Shown here: positions 50,565 to 60,039 of the stretch, in pieces
Numbering within the stretch: position 1 is the stretch's first letter
Layout: each line of letters starts with the position of its first letter
Assembly (NCBI GenBank): GCA_021647505.1
Contig: JAKIUN010000002.1
Coordinates: 54,158 to 118,157 of the forward strand
Direction: 5' to 3'
Origin: Gammaproteobacteria bacterium
Lineage (GTDB): Bacteria > Pseudomonadota > Gammaproteobacteria > SZUA-152
Length of the DNA: 64,000 nucleotides
Program-made: the position numbers and the translations under genes
The notes under the pieces: model-generated
Told to the model about the DNA's origin: nothing
Databases searched by the model: none
Seen by the model: only the letters and a program-made list of their open reading frames with translations

Positions 50565-53419
50565 TACTGCTGCTCGCCGGTACTAGCCCTTGCTTTGGAG
50601 ACAGCAACGTTTTTTCCACACTGTTGGAACGGGCGGAATTCTGGCACTCCCTTGGCCGCAATGACTTTGCCGGGCAGGCGCTGAAAAAAGCCATACGAGC
50701 CGAACCGGATAATCCTGCCGGCTTGGTGTTGCAAGCTTTTTTGGATCTTGATCTGGACAGACGCCCGGCGGCCGAGAAGCTGCTCCAGCAGCTGCGACAA
50801 CACCATCCTAAAGCCCCCCAGACCATGGTGTTGGAACAAGTACTGGATATCACCGGCCGGAGCAGAACACAGCTCCACAAGGCACGCCTGGCGGTGCGTC
50901 TGGGCAGGCGGCAGGAAGCGCTGCAAGTTTTTCGTCAGCTGTTCGCGGGAACCCCGCACCCCTCTCCGCTGGCGTTAGAGTACTGGGGGCTCCTGGGACG
51001 ACAGGCAGTCCACCGGGAAGAGGCCATGAAAGGTTTGCAAACACTGGTGCGCACCTATCCCGGCAATCTGCGCTACCGGATGGCGCTGGCCCGGCAACTG
51101 GCCAGAAAAGATCCTCCTGCGCCTGAAAGTATCGAAACTTTCATCGAACTCAGTCAGTACTCCCAACTCCGCCGCGAAGCCAGGTCAGCCTGGCGCAACG
51201 CCGTCCTGGCGCTGCCGGCAGAGCATGATGCTCTACCGGCACTGCGGCAATACATCGAACAGGCCCCAAAAGACAGCGGTGTAGCACAGCGAATCCAGAA
51301 AATCGAGTCTGCGATCATTGCCCAAAAGAAACGGGATCGCGATCCCGTGCATGCAGGCTTGTTGCGCGGCATAACACTCATGGAAAAAGGCCGTCTGGAT
51401 GCCGCCGATCCACTGCTGGGGGCCGCCGTCAAAAAATGGCCCGGGGAGGTAAGGCCCGTAGGCGCCATAGGACGGTTACGGCTGAAACAGGCTCGTTACC
51501 GCGAAGCTATTTCCTGGTTCCAGCGGGCGCTGGAACTGGAACCGGACAATGCCAGCAAATGGCGCTCCCTGTTGCATGCCGCAAACTACTGGGGATTCAT
51601 CAAACAGGCGAAGTCGGCGCTACAACGAGGTGATTTGCACCAGGCGGATGCAATATCACGCAAGGCCGTCGCGCTCGATGCGCAAGAAGCGTATGGCATC
51701 GCTCTGCTCGCCCAGGTACAGTCGCAACTAAAAGACACCCATGAAGCAGAGCGGCTTTATCGCCAAGCACTGACCGTTGACCCGCAAAGTAGCACGGCAC
51801 TGCGTGGGTTGATCAATCTTTATGCCGATAATCAGCGTCTGGATGATGCATTTGCATTGCTTGATGAGCTGACATCCTCTCAGCAGCAGACACTGGGGAA
51901 ATCCTACACGACACTGCGGGCCTCTCTGCTGCAAAAACAAGCCGATCAGCATCTCCGGGACGGCGCCCCGGAGATGGCAATCACCGCCTTGCGGCAGGCC
52001 GTTGACTTCGATCCGGAGAATCCCTGGCTGCGCTTTGATCTGGCTGATCTGCTGCTGGTGGGAAACGAGATGGAACAGGCTGTCGAGGTGTTCGAGACGG
52101 GCCTCGCCCTCGCGCCACAGAATCCGCAAATGCGCTATGCCTATGCATTGCTGCTTTCCCGCCTGGGCAGGGAAACGGACGCACTGGAAATACTGGATGA
52201 ACTGCCGAGTAACCAGCTGCCGCCAAACGTACTGGCCTACCGCAATCGCCTGCAACACAAGCAGCAGATACAGCAAAGTCCCAGGCTTTTCTCCGGACTA
52301 CATATGAGGTTCCGCGATGCAACCGGAGGGCTTTCCAGCCTGACGTCCCATGAACTGCCCATAGAGGCACAGTGGCCATTGTACCAAGGACAAATGTTCG
52401 CACATGTTGCCCCCGTACACCTGGATGCAGGCAAACTTGACTTGGGCAACCCGGATATCCGGAGCCTTTTTGGCGCAGGCGCCTTGTGCCTGAAAAACTG
52501 CGCTGACTCACCACTGGTGCAGATAGAGAGAGGCACATCCTTTGCTATCGGATACCGAGATATCAACTGGCGTGCAGATCTGGGCCACTCACCTTTAGGC
52601 TTTCCCATTTCCCACCTGCTTGGGGGTGTGGAAATCGATGGCGACCTGCGGGGTGTTAGCTGGAGCCTGGGACTCTCCCAGCGACCGGTCACCAGCACTC
52701 TACTGAGTTATGCCGGCATGGAGGATGCGGAAACCGGCAAGGTCTGGGGGGGGGTTGTTGCCACTGGCCTGCATCTCGGACTCAGCGGGGATCAAGGTGA
52801 TTCATACGGGTTCTGGGGCAGTTTTGGTATTCATAACCTGCACGGGGAAGGGGTTGCTGACAACTTTCGGTTGCGGGCTTTGAGCGGCATTTACTGGCGT
52901 TTACTCAACCGGGAGAATACCCAGCTGCGTGGCGGATTAAACATAATGGCCTTGCGTTTTGACAAAAACATGGGTGAGTTCACTATCGGTCACGGCGGTT
53001 ACTATAGTCCCCAGTCCTATGTTTCGCTTTCACTGCCGATGAGTTTTTATGGGCGCAGGGATCGCTGGTCATGGGAGTTACGCGGCTCAGTTTCCTACTC
53101 GGTTTCCCACTTCGACCGCAGCCCCTACTTTCCTGAAGCCCCGAGTCTACAGGCCAAAGCCGAACGGCTGGAAGCAATAACCGGGATCACGCCATATTAT
53201 GGTGCCTACACCAGCTCCGGCGCTAGCTACTCCTTCAGTGGAGCGGTGGAATATCGGCTCAATCCCCACCTGCATATGGGCACGAAAATGAAGATCGAAC
53301 GCGCCGACTTTTATGCGCCAGACCACTTCCTTCTCTACTTCCGCTACAGCGCCCACCCCCACCTGGGTCCAATGCCCTTGCATCCGCGTCCGACAGTCCC
53401 TTATTCCGACGTTAACTGA
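50537..53419 (+). CDS. bcsC: cellulose synthase operon protein BcsC (TPR periplasmic scaffold + C-terminal outer-membrane beta-barrel)
   Basis: Signal peptide MYGKLKSFLILLLAGTSPCFG, multiple TPR repeats, C-terminal BcsC barrel region (GGYYSPQSYVSLSLPMSFYGRRDRW); shorter than E. coli BcsC (fewer TPRs). Confidence 0.85.
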   Translation: MYGKLKSFLILLLAGTSPCFGDSNVFSTLLERAEFWHSLGRNDFAGQALKKAIRAEPDNPAGLVLQAFLDLDLDRRPAAEKLLQQLRQHHPKAPQTMVLEQVLDITGRSRTQLHKARLAVRLGRRQEALQVFRQLFAGTPHPSPLALEYWGLLGRQAVHREEAMKGLQTLVRTYPGNLRYRMALARQLARKDPPAPESIETFIELSQYSQLRREARSAWRNAVLALPAEHDALPALRQYIEQAPKDSGVAQRIQKIESAIIAQKKRDRDPVHAGLLRGITLMEKGRLDAADPLLGAAVKKWPGEVRPVGAIGRLRLKQARYREAISWFQRALELEPDNASKWRSLLHAANYWGFIKQAKSALQRGDLHQADAISRKAVALDAQEAYGIALLAQVQSQLKDTHEAERLYRQALTVDPQSSTALRGLINLYADNQRLDDAFALLDELTSSQQQTLGKSYTTLRASLLQKQADQHLRDGAPEMAITALRQAVDFDPENPWLRFDLADLLLVGNEMEQAVEVFETGLALAPQNPQMRYAYALLLSRLGRETDALEILDELPSNQLPPNVLAYRNRLQHKQQIQQSPRLFSGLHMRFRDATGGLSSLTSHELPIEAQWPLYQGQMFAHVAPVHLDAGKLDLGNPDIRSLFGAGALCLKNCADSPLVQIERGTSFAIGYRDINWRADLGHSPLGFPISHLLGGVEIDGDLRGVSWSLGLSQRPVTSTLLSYAGMEDAETGKVWGGVVATGLHLGLSGDQGDSYGFWGSFGIHNLHGEGVADNFRLRALSGIYWRLLNRENTQLRGGLNIMALRFDKNMGEFTIGHGGYYSPQSYVSLSLPMSFYGRRDRWSWELRGSVSYSVSHFDRSPYFPEAPSLQAKAERLEAITGITPYYGAYTSSGASYSFSGAVEYRLNPHLHMGTKMKIERADFYAPDHFLLYFRYSAHPHLGPMPLHPRPTVPYSDVN

Positions 53420-53597
53420 ATCGAGTCAGACCGGGCTCAAAAAAACCGATATTTCGAGAGCTGAAATGATGGGCAATACAAATGAAGAAACGAACAATTG
53501 GGAAGAAAACCTCACCAGCAGCGGCAGCACTATCTACAGCAACGAATTCACCATCCACGTCTTCAGCGACAACGGGAAAAACGAATGTGTGAGGGAA

Positions 53598-54470
53598 TCA
53601 CGCTGGAGCAGCTCCGTGACGCCGTAACTGGATATTGTCGATCAGGCGCGTCTCACCCAGCCAGGTGGCGGTGAGGATGACCAACGCCGTGTCTGCCGTC
53701 GTGGCAGGCTGCAGATCATCGGCACGGCACACGGTAAAATATTCCGGACAGAAACCAGCCTCTCTCAGAGTCTTCTCGGCATCGGATTCGATAGCGGCAA
53801 TGTCTCCCTCGCCGGATATCAGCCGCTCTTTGGCGGTCTGCAATGTCCGGTACAAGGCGGCAGCCCGTTGCCTTTCTTCCGCGCTAAGGTACTGATTGCG
53901 CGAACTCATGGCCAGGCCATCGGCCTCGCGCACGGTCGGTACACCGATGATCTCGACGGGGAAGCACAATTCCTCGGTGAAACGGCGGATCACCAACAAT
54001 TGCTGGTAGTCCTTTTCACCGAACACCGCCACATCCGGCTGCACCATGTTGAAAAACTTGGCCACCACAGTAGCCACACCGACGAAATGACTGGGGCGAA
54101 ACACGCCACAGAGGATGTCGGAAATACCCGGCACCATCACCCGCGTCACATTCTTGAAGCCCGCCGGATACATCTCTTCCTGTGCAGGGAAAAACAGCAA
54201 ATCCACACCGCTCTCCATCAGTTTTTTCTGGTCGACTTCGAAGGTGCGCGGATAGTGCTCGAAGTCGCCGCCACTGGCATCGCTGAACTGCATGGGATTG
54301 ACGAAGATGCTGACCACCACATGATTCGCCTGCCGTCGCGCCGTCTCGACCAGTTGCAGATGGCCGGCATGCAGGTTGCCCATGGTCGGCACCAGGGCGA
54401 TGCGCTCACCGGCCTGCCGCCACAGACTGACTCGCCGACGCAGGTCGGCAATGGTGGTAATACTCTGCAT
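53598..54470 (-). CDS. panC: pantoate--beta-alanine ligase
   Basis: PanC signature (ALVPTMGNLHAGHLQLV, HIS motif), 290 aa. Confidence 0.9.
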   Translation of the reverse strand: MQSITTIADLRRRVSLWRQAGERIALVPTMGNLHAGHLQLVETARRQANHVVVSIFVNPMQFSDASGGDFEHYPRTFEVDQKKLMESGVDLLFFPAQEEMYPAGFKNVTRVMVPGISDILCGVFRPSHFVGVATVVAKFFNMVQPDVAVFGEKDYQQLLVIRRFTEELCFPVEIIGVPTVREADGLAMSSRNQYLSAEERQRAAALYRTLQTAKERLISGEGDIAAIESDAEKTLREAGFCPEYFTVCRADDLQPATTADTALVILTATWLGETRLIDNIQLRRHGAAPA

Positions 54471-54472
54471 AG

Positions 54473-55267
54473 CTAGAAACTATGCGCGCTGGAGGGAAAG
54501 CTGCCGCCCTTGACGGCCTGCACATAGGCGGCCACGGCGGCGGAGATGTCGCCACTATCGGCGAGAAAGTCGTGACTGAAGCTGGGCCGCTTACCCGGCG
54601 TGATGCCCAGCATGTCGTACAACACCAGCACCTGCGCATCCACATCCGGCCCGGCGCCGATGCCGATCACCGGGATTTCCACGGCACGAGTGATCTCGGC
54701 GGCCAGAGTCGCAGGTACACATTCCAACAACAGCATGTCGGCACCGGCGGCCTGCATGGCGCTGGCATCACTGATCATATCCAGGGCCCCGGCCTCGTCG
54801 CGGCCCTGCACCCGGTAGCCGCCCTGCTTGTGCACCGACTGCGGCAACAGACCCAAGTGCGAACACACCGGGATACCTCGCGCCGCCAAGGCCTGCACGG
54901 TTTCCAGCAGGACGCTGCCGCCCTCCAGTTTCACCATCTGCGCACCGCCTTCCTTCATCAGACGGCCGGCACTGTGCATAGCCTGCTCGGGCGTGGCATC
55001 GGCCATGAAGGGCATGTCCACCATCAGCAGTGCCTTTTCGCTGCCGGTGCGCACCGCACGGGCATGGTAGATCATCTCGTCGAGGCTCACCGGCAGGGTG
55101 GTTTCCTGGCCCTGGATCACCATCCCCAGAGAATCGCCCACCAGCAGAATTTCTACTCCGGCGGCGTCCAAAATATGCGCAAAACTGGCGTCATAGGCGG
55201 TCAGACAGGCAATTTTCTCGCCCCCCTGCTTCATCTTTTTCAACCGTGTCGTGGTGATACGATTCAT
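54473..55267 (-). CDS. panB: 3-methyl-2-oxobutanoate hydroxymethyltransferase
   Basis: PanB signature (KIACLTAYDASFA, LLVGDSLGMV). Confidence 0.9.
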   Translation of the reverse strand: MNRITTTRLKKMKQGGEKIACLTAYDASFAHILDAAGVEILLVGDSLGMVIQGQETTLPVSLDEMIYHARAVRTGSEKALLMVDMPFMADATPEQAMHSAGRLMKEGGAQMVKLEGGSVLLETVQALAARGIPVCSHLGLLPQSVHKQGGYRVQGRDEAGALDMISDASAMQAAGADMLLLECVPATLAAEITRAVEIPVIGIGAGPDVDAQVLVLYDMLGITPGKRPSFSHDFLADSGDISAAVAAYVQAVKGGSFPSSAHSF

Positions 55268-55279
55268 GCTCAGAACTCC

Positions 55280-55933
55280 TCAGAACGCAAAGGAACCGGG
55301 GTTAAAGTAGTGACGGCCGCTGCGCACCTCGCCCAGACGCTCCACCAGACGTTGATAGTCACCCGTGTTGTTGACCAGGTCAATTTCAGCGGCATTGACG
55401 ATCAGCAGCGGGCTATCACTGTAGTAATGGAAAAAGCGCGTGTAGGCCTCTACCAGACGTTGCAGATAGTTGCTCTCAATGAAACGCTCGAAGGCACGGC
55501 CGCGCTTTTGCACCCGATCCAGCAATACTTCCACTGGCGCCTGCAGATAGATCACCAGATCCGGGCTAGGGACGTCGAGGGTGAGGCTGGCATAGACCTG
55601 TTCATAGAGACGCAGCTCATCGTCGTCCAGATTCAGCTGTGCGAACAGACGATCCTTTTCGAGCAGAAAGTCGGCTACGCGCACGGGGGCGAAAAGGTCA
55701 TTCTGACGCAACGCCTGCATCTGCCGGGTACGCTGAAAGAGGAAGAATAACTGTGTCGGCAAGGCCGCATGGCGCGGGTTCTTGTAGAAGCGTTCGAGGA
55801 AGGGGTTTTCCTCCGCCCCCTCCAGCAGCAGCTCGCCTTCATAATCCTCGGCGAGACGCCGGGCGAGGCTGGTCTTGCCCACCCCGATGGGACCTTCGAT
55901 GACGATATGATGAGGAATGTCTGCGGTATTCAT
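55280..55933 (-). CDS. deoxynucleoside kinase family protein
   Basis: P-loop IVIEGPIGVGKTSLARRLAE and dNK-family body; sits between folK and panB as in several pseudomonads. Confidence 0.75.
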   Translation of the reverse strand: MNTADIPHHIVIEGPIGVGKTSLARRLAEDYEGELLLEGAEENPFLERFYKNPRHAALPTQLFFLFQRTRQMQALRQNDLFAPVRVADFLLEKDRLFAQLNLDDDELRLYEQVYASLTLDVPSPDLVIYLQAPVEVLLDRVQKRGRAFERFIESNYLQRLVEAYTRFFHYYSDSPLLIVNAAEIDLVNNTGDYQRLVERLGEVRSGRHYFNPGSFAF

Positions 55934-55946
55934 GGTATGTAAATCC

Positions 55947-56128
55947 GGATCAGGGCACTTCTGTTAATCGCTCGCGGCCTCTGGCTCGCAGCCATGTAGG
56001 GTGGGCACGTTTTTTGTGCCCACGCGGTTGGCGCATATTCCACGTGGGCATGAAAAGCCTGCCCACCCTACCAGGTTTTTTGTGGGGAGCCGTCAGGATC
56101 AGGGTACGTCTGTCAATCGCTCGCGGCC
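55947..56128. repeat. full copy of REP/MITE-like double-hairpin element bracketed by 33-bp direct repeats
   Basis: Core catgtagggtgggcacgttttttgtgcccacgcggttggcgcatattccacgtgggcatgaaaagcctgcccaccctaccaggttttttgtggggagccgtcag flanked by ggatcagggcacttctgttaatcgctcgcggcc (55947-55979) and ggatcagggtacgtctgtcaatcgctcgcggcc (56096-56128). Confidence 0.8.
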
Positions 56129-56210
56129 CGTAGCCCCGATGGGCGTTGTTTGTCAGGTTGCACAGAGGACGCGACACCACGATTGATCGACGTGCCTTAC
56201 TTAGCCAGTA

Positions 56211-56714
56211 TTAATCAGCTCGTATCCGACTGGTTTTTTCGATAACGAGCAGCGACCCGCGCTCGCATCGGGCCAACAGCTCGCCCAGCACACCAAGGCC
56301 GGGAATGACCAGCCCGGGTGCTATCTCGGCCAGAGGATACAGGACGAAGTTGCGTTCATACAGCCCCGGGTGGGGCACCGTCAACGTGGGCAGGTCGATG
56401 GTCTGATCGGCATACAGCAGCAGGTCGAGATCCAGTGTACGTGGCCCCCAGCGTTCACCGCGCACACGCTGGTGGGCAGCCTCCACGGCCTGTAATCCGG
56501 CCAGCAGGGCCAATGGTGACAGCGCCGTTTCCAGCGCCGCCACGGCATTGAGGTAATCAGGCTGATCCTGCGATCCCATGGGCGCGCTGCGATACAGGGA
56601 GGACTGTGCCAGCAGTTGGCTTTGCGGCAGCTGCGCCAATTCGGCGAAGGCACGCCGCAGCCGGGCCTGCGGATCAGCCAGATTACTGCCGAGGCCGATG
56701 TACGCCGTCACCAT
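56211..56714 (-). CDS. folK: 2-amino-4-hydroxy-6-hydroxymethyldihydropteridine diphosphokinase
   Basis: HPPK signature (AYIGLGSNL, RWGPRTLDLDLL). Confidence 0.9.
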   Translation of the reverse strand: MVTAYIGLGSNLADPQARLRRAFAELAQLPQSQLLAQSSLYRSAPMGSQDQPDYLNAVAALETALSPLALLAGLQAVEAAHQRVRGERWGPRTLDLDLLLYADQTIDLPTLTVPHPGLYERNFVLYPLAEIAPGLVIPGLGVLGELLARCERGSLLVIEKTSRIRAD

Positions 56715-56726
56715 GTAGCAATCCTT

Positions 56727-58031
56727 CTATTCTGTGCTGGCAGGCTTCTTGCGCCGACGCCGACGGCGGCGCTTCTTGCCACCGCTCTCACCGGCAGGTG
56801 CGTCACGGCTCAAGGTGGCACGAGACTCTTCATCGACGGCCTGAAAATCCGTCCACCACTGTGCCAGCTCTTGCAACTCTTCGTCACCACTTTCGGCACG
56901 CAGCAGCAGGAAGTCGTAGGCGGCGCGAAAGCGCGGCATCTCCAGAAGACGCGCGGCACGCTTGCCGTTGCGGCGTGGCAGGCGCGCCTGCATCACCCAG
57001 ATCTCGCGGGTCTGCAGACTGAAGCGCTTGGGCAGAGCGACGTAGCGGATGGACTGGCCAATAACCGTCTCGCCGGCCGACTGCAGAGCCTGGATCTCGC
57101 TCATACCCTCGGCCTGTAGGACTTCGGCGCGGTCACGCACCGGCTCCCACAGCAGCACCGCAAACAGGAAGGCCGGCGTTACCGGCTTGCCCTCGGCGAC
57201 GCGGGCGTCGGTGTTTTCCAGGCCACGCAACACCATCTGGTGCGGGAAGCCATTCTCCTCCTGCGCCAAACAGGCCTCGGTCATGGGAAACAGATGACGG
57301 AACAGGTCATAGTGGCGCAGTAACTCGAAGCTGGCCACACCATGCCCGGAGAGAAACAGCTTGAGAATTTCCTCGTACAGGCGCGCCGATGGCACCGCCT
57401 CCAGGGTCTCTCCCAGTTCGAAAATGGGCGTCTCGCTGCCCGGATGGATACGAAAACCCAGTTTGGAGGCAAAGCGTATCGCCCGCAGCATGCGTACCGG
57501 GTCTTCACGGTAGCGCTGCCCGGCATCGCCGATGACACGCAGCAGGCCGGCCTCGAGGTCTTCCAGTCCACCGGTGAAATCCACCACAGAAAAGTCGCGG
57601 ATGTTGTAATAGAGGGAGTTGATGCTAAAGTCACGCCGCCAAGCGTCCTCTTCCAGGGTACCGTAGACATTGTCGTGCAGGATCATACCGTCCTCGCCAG
57701 CACCCTCATGGCTGCCGCGAAAGGTCGCCACCTCAATGATCTCACGGCCAAAGTGCACATGCGCGAGGCGGAAACGACGGCCGATGAGGCGGCAATTGCG
57801 GAACAAGGCACGAACCTCGTCTGGATGCGCATCGGTCGCGATGTCAAAATCTTTGGGTTCACGGCCAAGCAGCAGGTCACGCACACCGCCACCCACGAGA
57901 TAGCTTTCAAAACCCGCAGCCCTGAGACGGTAAAGAACCTTTAGCGCTGTCTCGGCGATATTGGCGCGGGTAATGATGTGTTCGGGGCGGGGGACGATTC
58001 TGGGCGTCCCATTTTGATGATCAGTTTTCAA
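56727..58031 (-). CDS. pcnB: poly(A) polymerase I
   Basis: Nucleotidyltransferase motif (YLVGGGVRDLLLGREPKDFDIAT), basic C-terminal tail. Confidence 0.9.
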   Translation of the reverse strand: MKTDHQNGTPRIVPRPEHIITRANIAETALKVLYRLRAAGFESYLVGGGVRDLLLGREPKDFDIATDAHPDEVRALFRNCRLIGRRFRLAHVHFGREIIEVATFRGSHEGAGEDGMILHDNVYGTLEEDAWRRDFSINSLYYNIRDFSVVDFTGGLEDLEAGLLRVIGDAGQRYREDPVRMLRAIRFASKLGFRIHPGSETPIFELGETLEAVPSARLYEEILKLFLSGHGVASFELLRHYDLFRHLFPMTEACLAQEENGFPHQMVLRGLENTDARVAEGKPVTPAFLFAVLLWEPVRDRAEVLQAEGMSEIQALQSAGETVIGQSIRYVALPKRFSLQTREIWVMQARLPRRNGKRAARLLEMPRFRAAYDFLLLRAESGDEELQELAQWWTDFQAVDEESRATLSRDAPAGESGGKKRRRRRRRKKPASTE

Positions 58032-58079
58032 TTTTTATTGTGTTTTTCAAAGCGTGTCGTCCGTTACACAGAAAACGGC

Positions 58080-58107
58080 TTGAGCAATCAGTAAGGGCGC
58101 GTATAAT
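58080..58107 (+). promoter_or_regulatory. putative sigma70 promoter (TTGAGC-16 bp-TATAAT) upstream of tRNA-Glu
   Basis: Near-consensus -35/-10 hexamers with 16-bp spacer followed by GC-rich discriminator; 67 nt upstream of tRNA 5' end. Confidence 0.35.
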
Positions 58108-58173
58108 ACCACCCTTTTCGCGCAACACACCTTTATTCATGCGTAAGTCCCCGTGTTGCTCGAAGCGCTTGCC

Positions 58174-58248
58174 GCTCCCTTCGTCTAGTGGTTAGGACAC
58201 TGGCCTCTCACGCCGGTAACAGGGGTTCGAATCCCCTAGGGAGCGCCA
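58174..58248 (+). tRNA. tRNA-Glu (anticodon CUC)
   Basis: Cloverleaf folds perfectly: acceptor stem GCTCCCT/AGGGAGC, anticodon loop CT-CTC-AC, T-arm GGGGTTCGAATCCCC, CCA end; body nearly identical to tRNA-Glu of E. coli except anticodon CTC instead of TTC. Confidence 0.85.
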
Positions 58249-58368
58249 CTATTTATCCGCCCCCCTTTCATCGTTCATCTCACTTTGCCATGCGCGCGGC
58301 CGGTAATCCTTGCGCCACCCTGGCAGTTCTGGTAACAAAGACTCCGTAATATCAGGGGAAGATAGCCA

Positions 58369-58677
58369 ATGATCAATTTTGAAGAAAAACGCGACTTTAT
58401 TCGCATGACCGCAGATCATCCACTGCACTTTCACGTCATGGAATCCGGGCAAACGGGCCGCGGGATCTGCGTCAACCTGAGCGCCACCGGGATACTGTTC
58501 CACACCGATCAGCCCATCGCCACCGGCACACAGCTGAGCATTAATATCACGCCAAAATATTCCGTGGTATCCCCCTTCGATGCCGATATCGAGGTACTGC
58601 GCTGCATCCCCAACGGCGTTGAAGACGAGTATGAAGTCGCAGGCAAGATTCTTTCTATCCTTAATCCTCAGCCTTAA
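58369..58677 (+). CDS. stand-alone PilZ-domain (c-di-GMP-binding) protein
   Basis: RxxxR motif (KRDFIR) and (D/N)xSxxG motif (NLSATG), 102 aa. Confidence 0.7.
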   Translation: MINFEEKRDFIRMTADHPLHFHVMESGQTGRGICVNLSATGILFHTDQPIATGTQLSINITPKYSVVSPFDADIEVLRCIPNGVEDEYEVAGKILSILNPQP

Positions 58678-58681
58678 CTGA

Positions 58682-59938
58682 TCAGGGCTCGAAGCGAATC
58701 ACGTCGCCAGGCGCCAGGCGGGCAATGTCCTCGGCCAACTCTCCCACCGAGAACAGACGTTGTACCTGCGTCACAATCAAGTTCGTGGCCGGATTTTCCG
58801 CATAGCCCAGCGCGCGCTGGCCCGGGTAATCCTTTACCGGCACTTCGCTGAGCTTGTAGGTATTCAGCACGTCACCCACACGGATGTCGGCCAATCCACC
58901 GGCATCGAAATAGACCTTGTTGCCTTCGGCGCGGATCACTCGTGCAGTAAAGGGCTGTGAACCGACATCACTGACGATCAGTGCCACCATTCTGTCCAAC
59001 ATCTGATCCACTTCCCGGCCGAAAGGCGAAGCGAAGAATTTTTCACTCATCATCACAGTATTAGCGGGATGCAATACCGTCAAAAAACGCTCTTCCACCG
59101 TTTCACTGACCCTGTGCCGTGCCACCAAGGCTCCAGAAATACCGTCATGAATAAACAAGTCCAGTTCCAAATGACGCATTTTGGTGCCGAGAAAATGATT
59201 GCTCACACTCATGTCGCGAATCACCCCTGTGATGACGAACTGCACACCCAGGGATTCGGCGAACTCCGAAGCCACCTGATGCGGCTCACGCGCCGGCGGC
59301 AGAGCACCGAGAATGCGCCGCTGGGAAATGACGCCCTCTTCGCTCAGCGGCAGTAAGTATTGACTGGCGTTCACTGTCAGCACTCGGCCATCACTGATCA
59401 GGCGTCGTTCCAGTTCGCGCGCCAGTTCCGTTTCGATCTTCGGCAGGTCGTGAATCTGGGTTCGGTCGAGAACGTGGAACTGGCTCACGGCGACCTTGCG
59501 GCGGTAACGATTTGCCGCTTCGGCATTGCCATTCGCGTACCGGCTGGCCTGTCCGGTATCGCCAGCGCCACCCGGCTCCGCCTTCATTAGCGCCTGTAGC
59601 AGCGCATCATCTGGCACCTGGGCACGAATCTTCACATAATAATGATCTTCATCCGCCCATTCGCGGAGAATCACCACATGGGTCACGCGCCCCTGTGCGG
59701 AAAAACGCATATTGTCCGCCACCACACCGTTACGGGTCGTCACCGTGGTGATGGAGATGCGTGCATTGGCCTGCATCAGTGCCTGGCGAATAGCATCCTG
59801 CAGGGCCATACGCTTGGCCTGCGCCGTCGAGTCGCCGATGCGCGCCGCGCCCTCGGCCTCTACGGTCTGCGCCTGTGCCAGTCCGCCCGGCAGCGGCACA
59901 ATCAGCAATAACAGCAGGATTTTTAACAGCTTGGACAC
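58682..59938 (-). CDS. flgT: FlgT-like protein (flagellar H-ring assembly protein T family)
   Basis: Signal peptide; N-terminal domain resembles Vibrio FlgT (VEAEGAARIGDSTAQAKRMALQDAIRQALMQA vs YEATGQAVI.GD...AR..A.QDALRQAS.QA); adjacent to motY; GTG start. Confidence 0.5.
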   Translation of the reverse strand: MSKLLKILLLLLIVPLPGGLAQAQTVEAEGAARIGDSTAQAKRMALQDAIRQALMQANARISITTVTTRNGVVADNMRFSAQGRVTHVVILREWADEDHYYVKIRAQVPDDALLQALMKAEPGGAGDTGQASRYANGNAEAANRYRRKVAVSQFHVLDRTQIHDLPKIETELARELERRLISDGRVLTVNASQYLLPLSEEGVISQRRILGALPPAREPHQVASEFAESLGVQFVITGVIRDMSVSNHFLGTKMRHLELDLFIHDGISGALVARHRVSETVEERFLTVLHPANTVMMSEKFFASPFGREVDQMLDRMVALIVSDVGSQPFTARVIRAEGNKVYFDAGGLADIRVGDVLNTYKLSEVPVKDYPGQRALGYAENPATNLIVTQVQRLFSVGELAEDIARLAPGDVIRFEP

Positions 59939-60039
59939 AACATTCCCTCCATCGCCACCCGGGTGGCGCTCACGTCACACCCACAGCGGCAAACATCCCA
60001 ACATTCTTGAAGTCTGACGGCTTCTTAAAAAGTCTCTAA

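Noticed and set aside
54482-55750. 422-aa plus-strand ORF
   Set aside because: Antisense to panB and the deoxynucleoside kinase gene.
55950-56186. Short ORFs (76 aa minus, 61 aa plus) between dNK and folK
   Set aside because: They lie on the REP/MITE-like repeat element; translation is repeat-derived.
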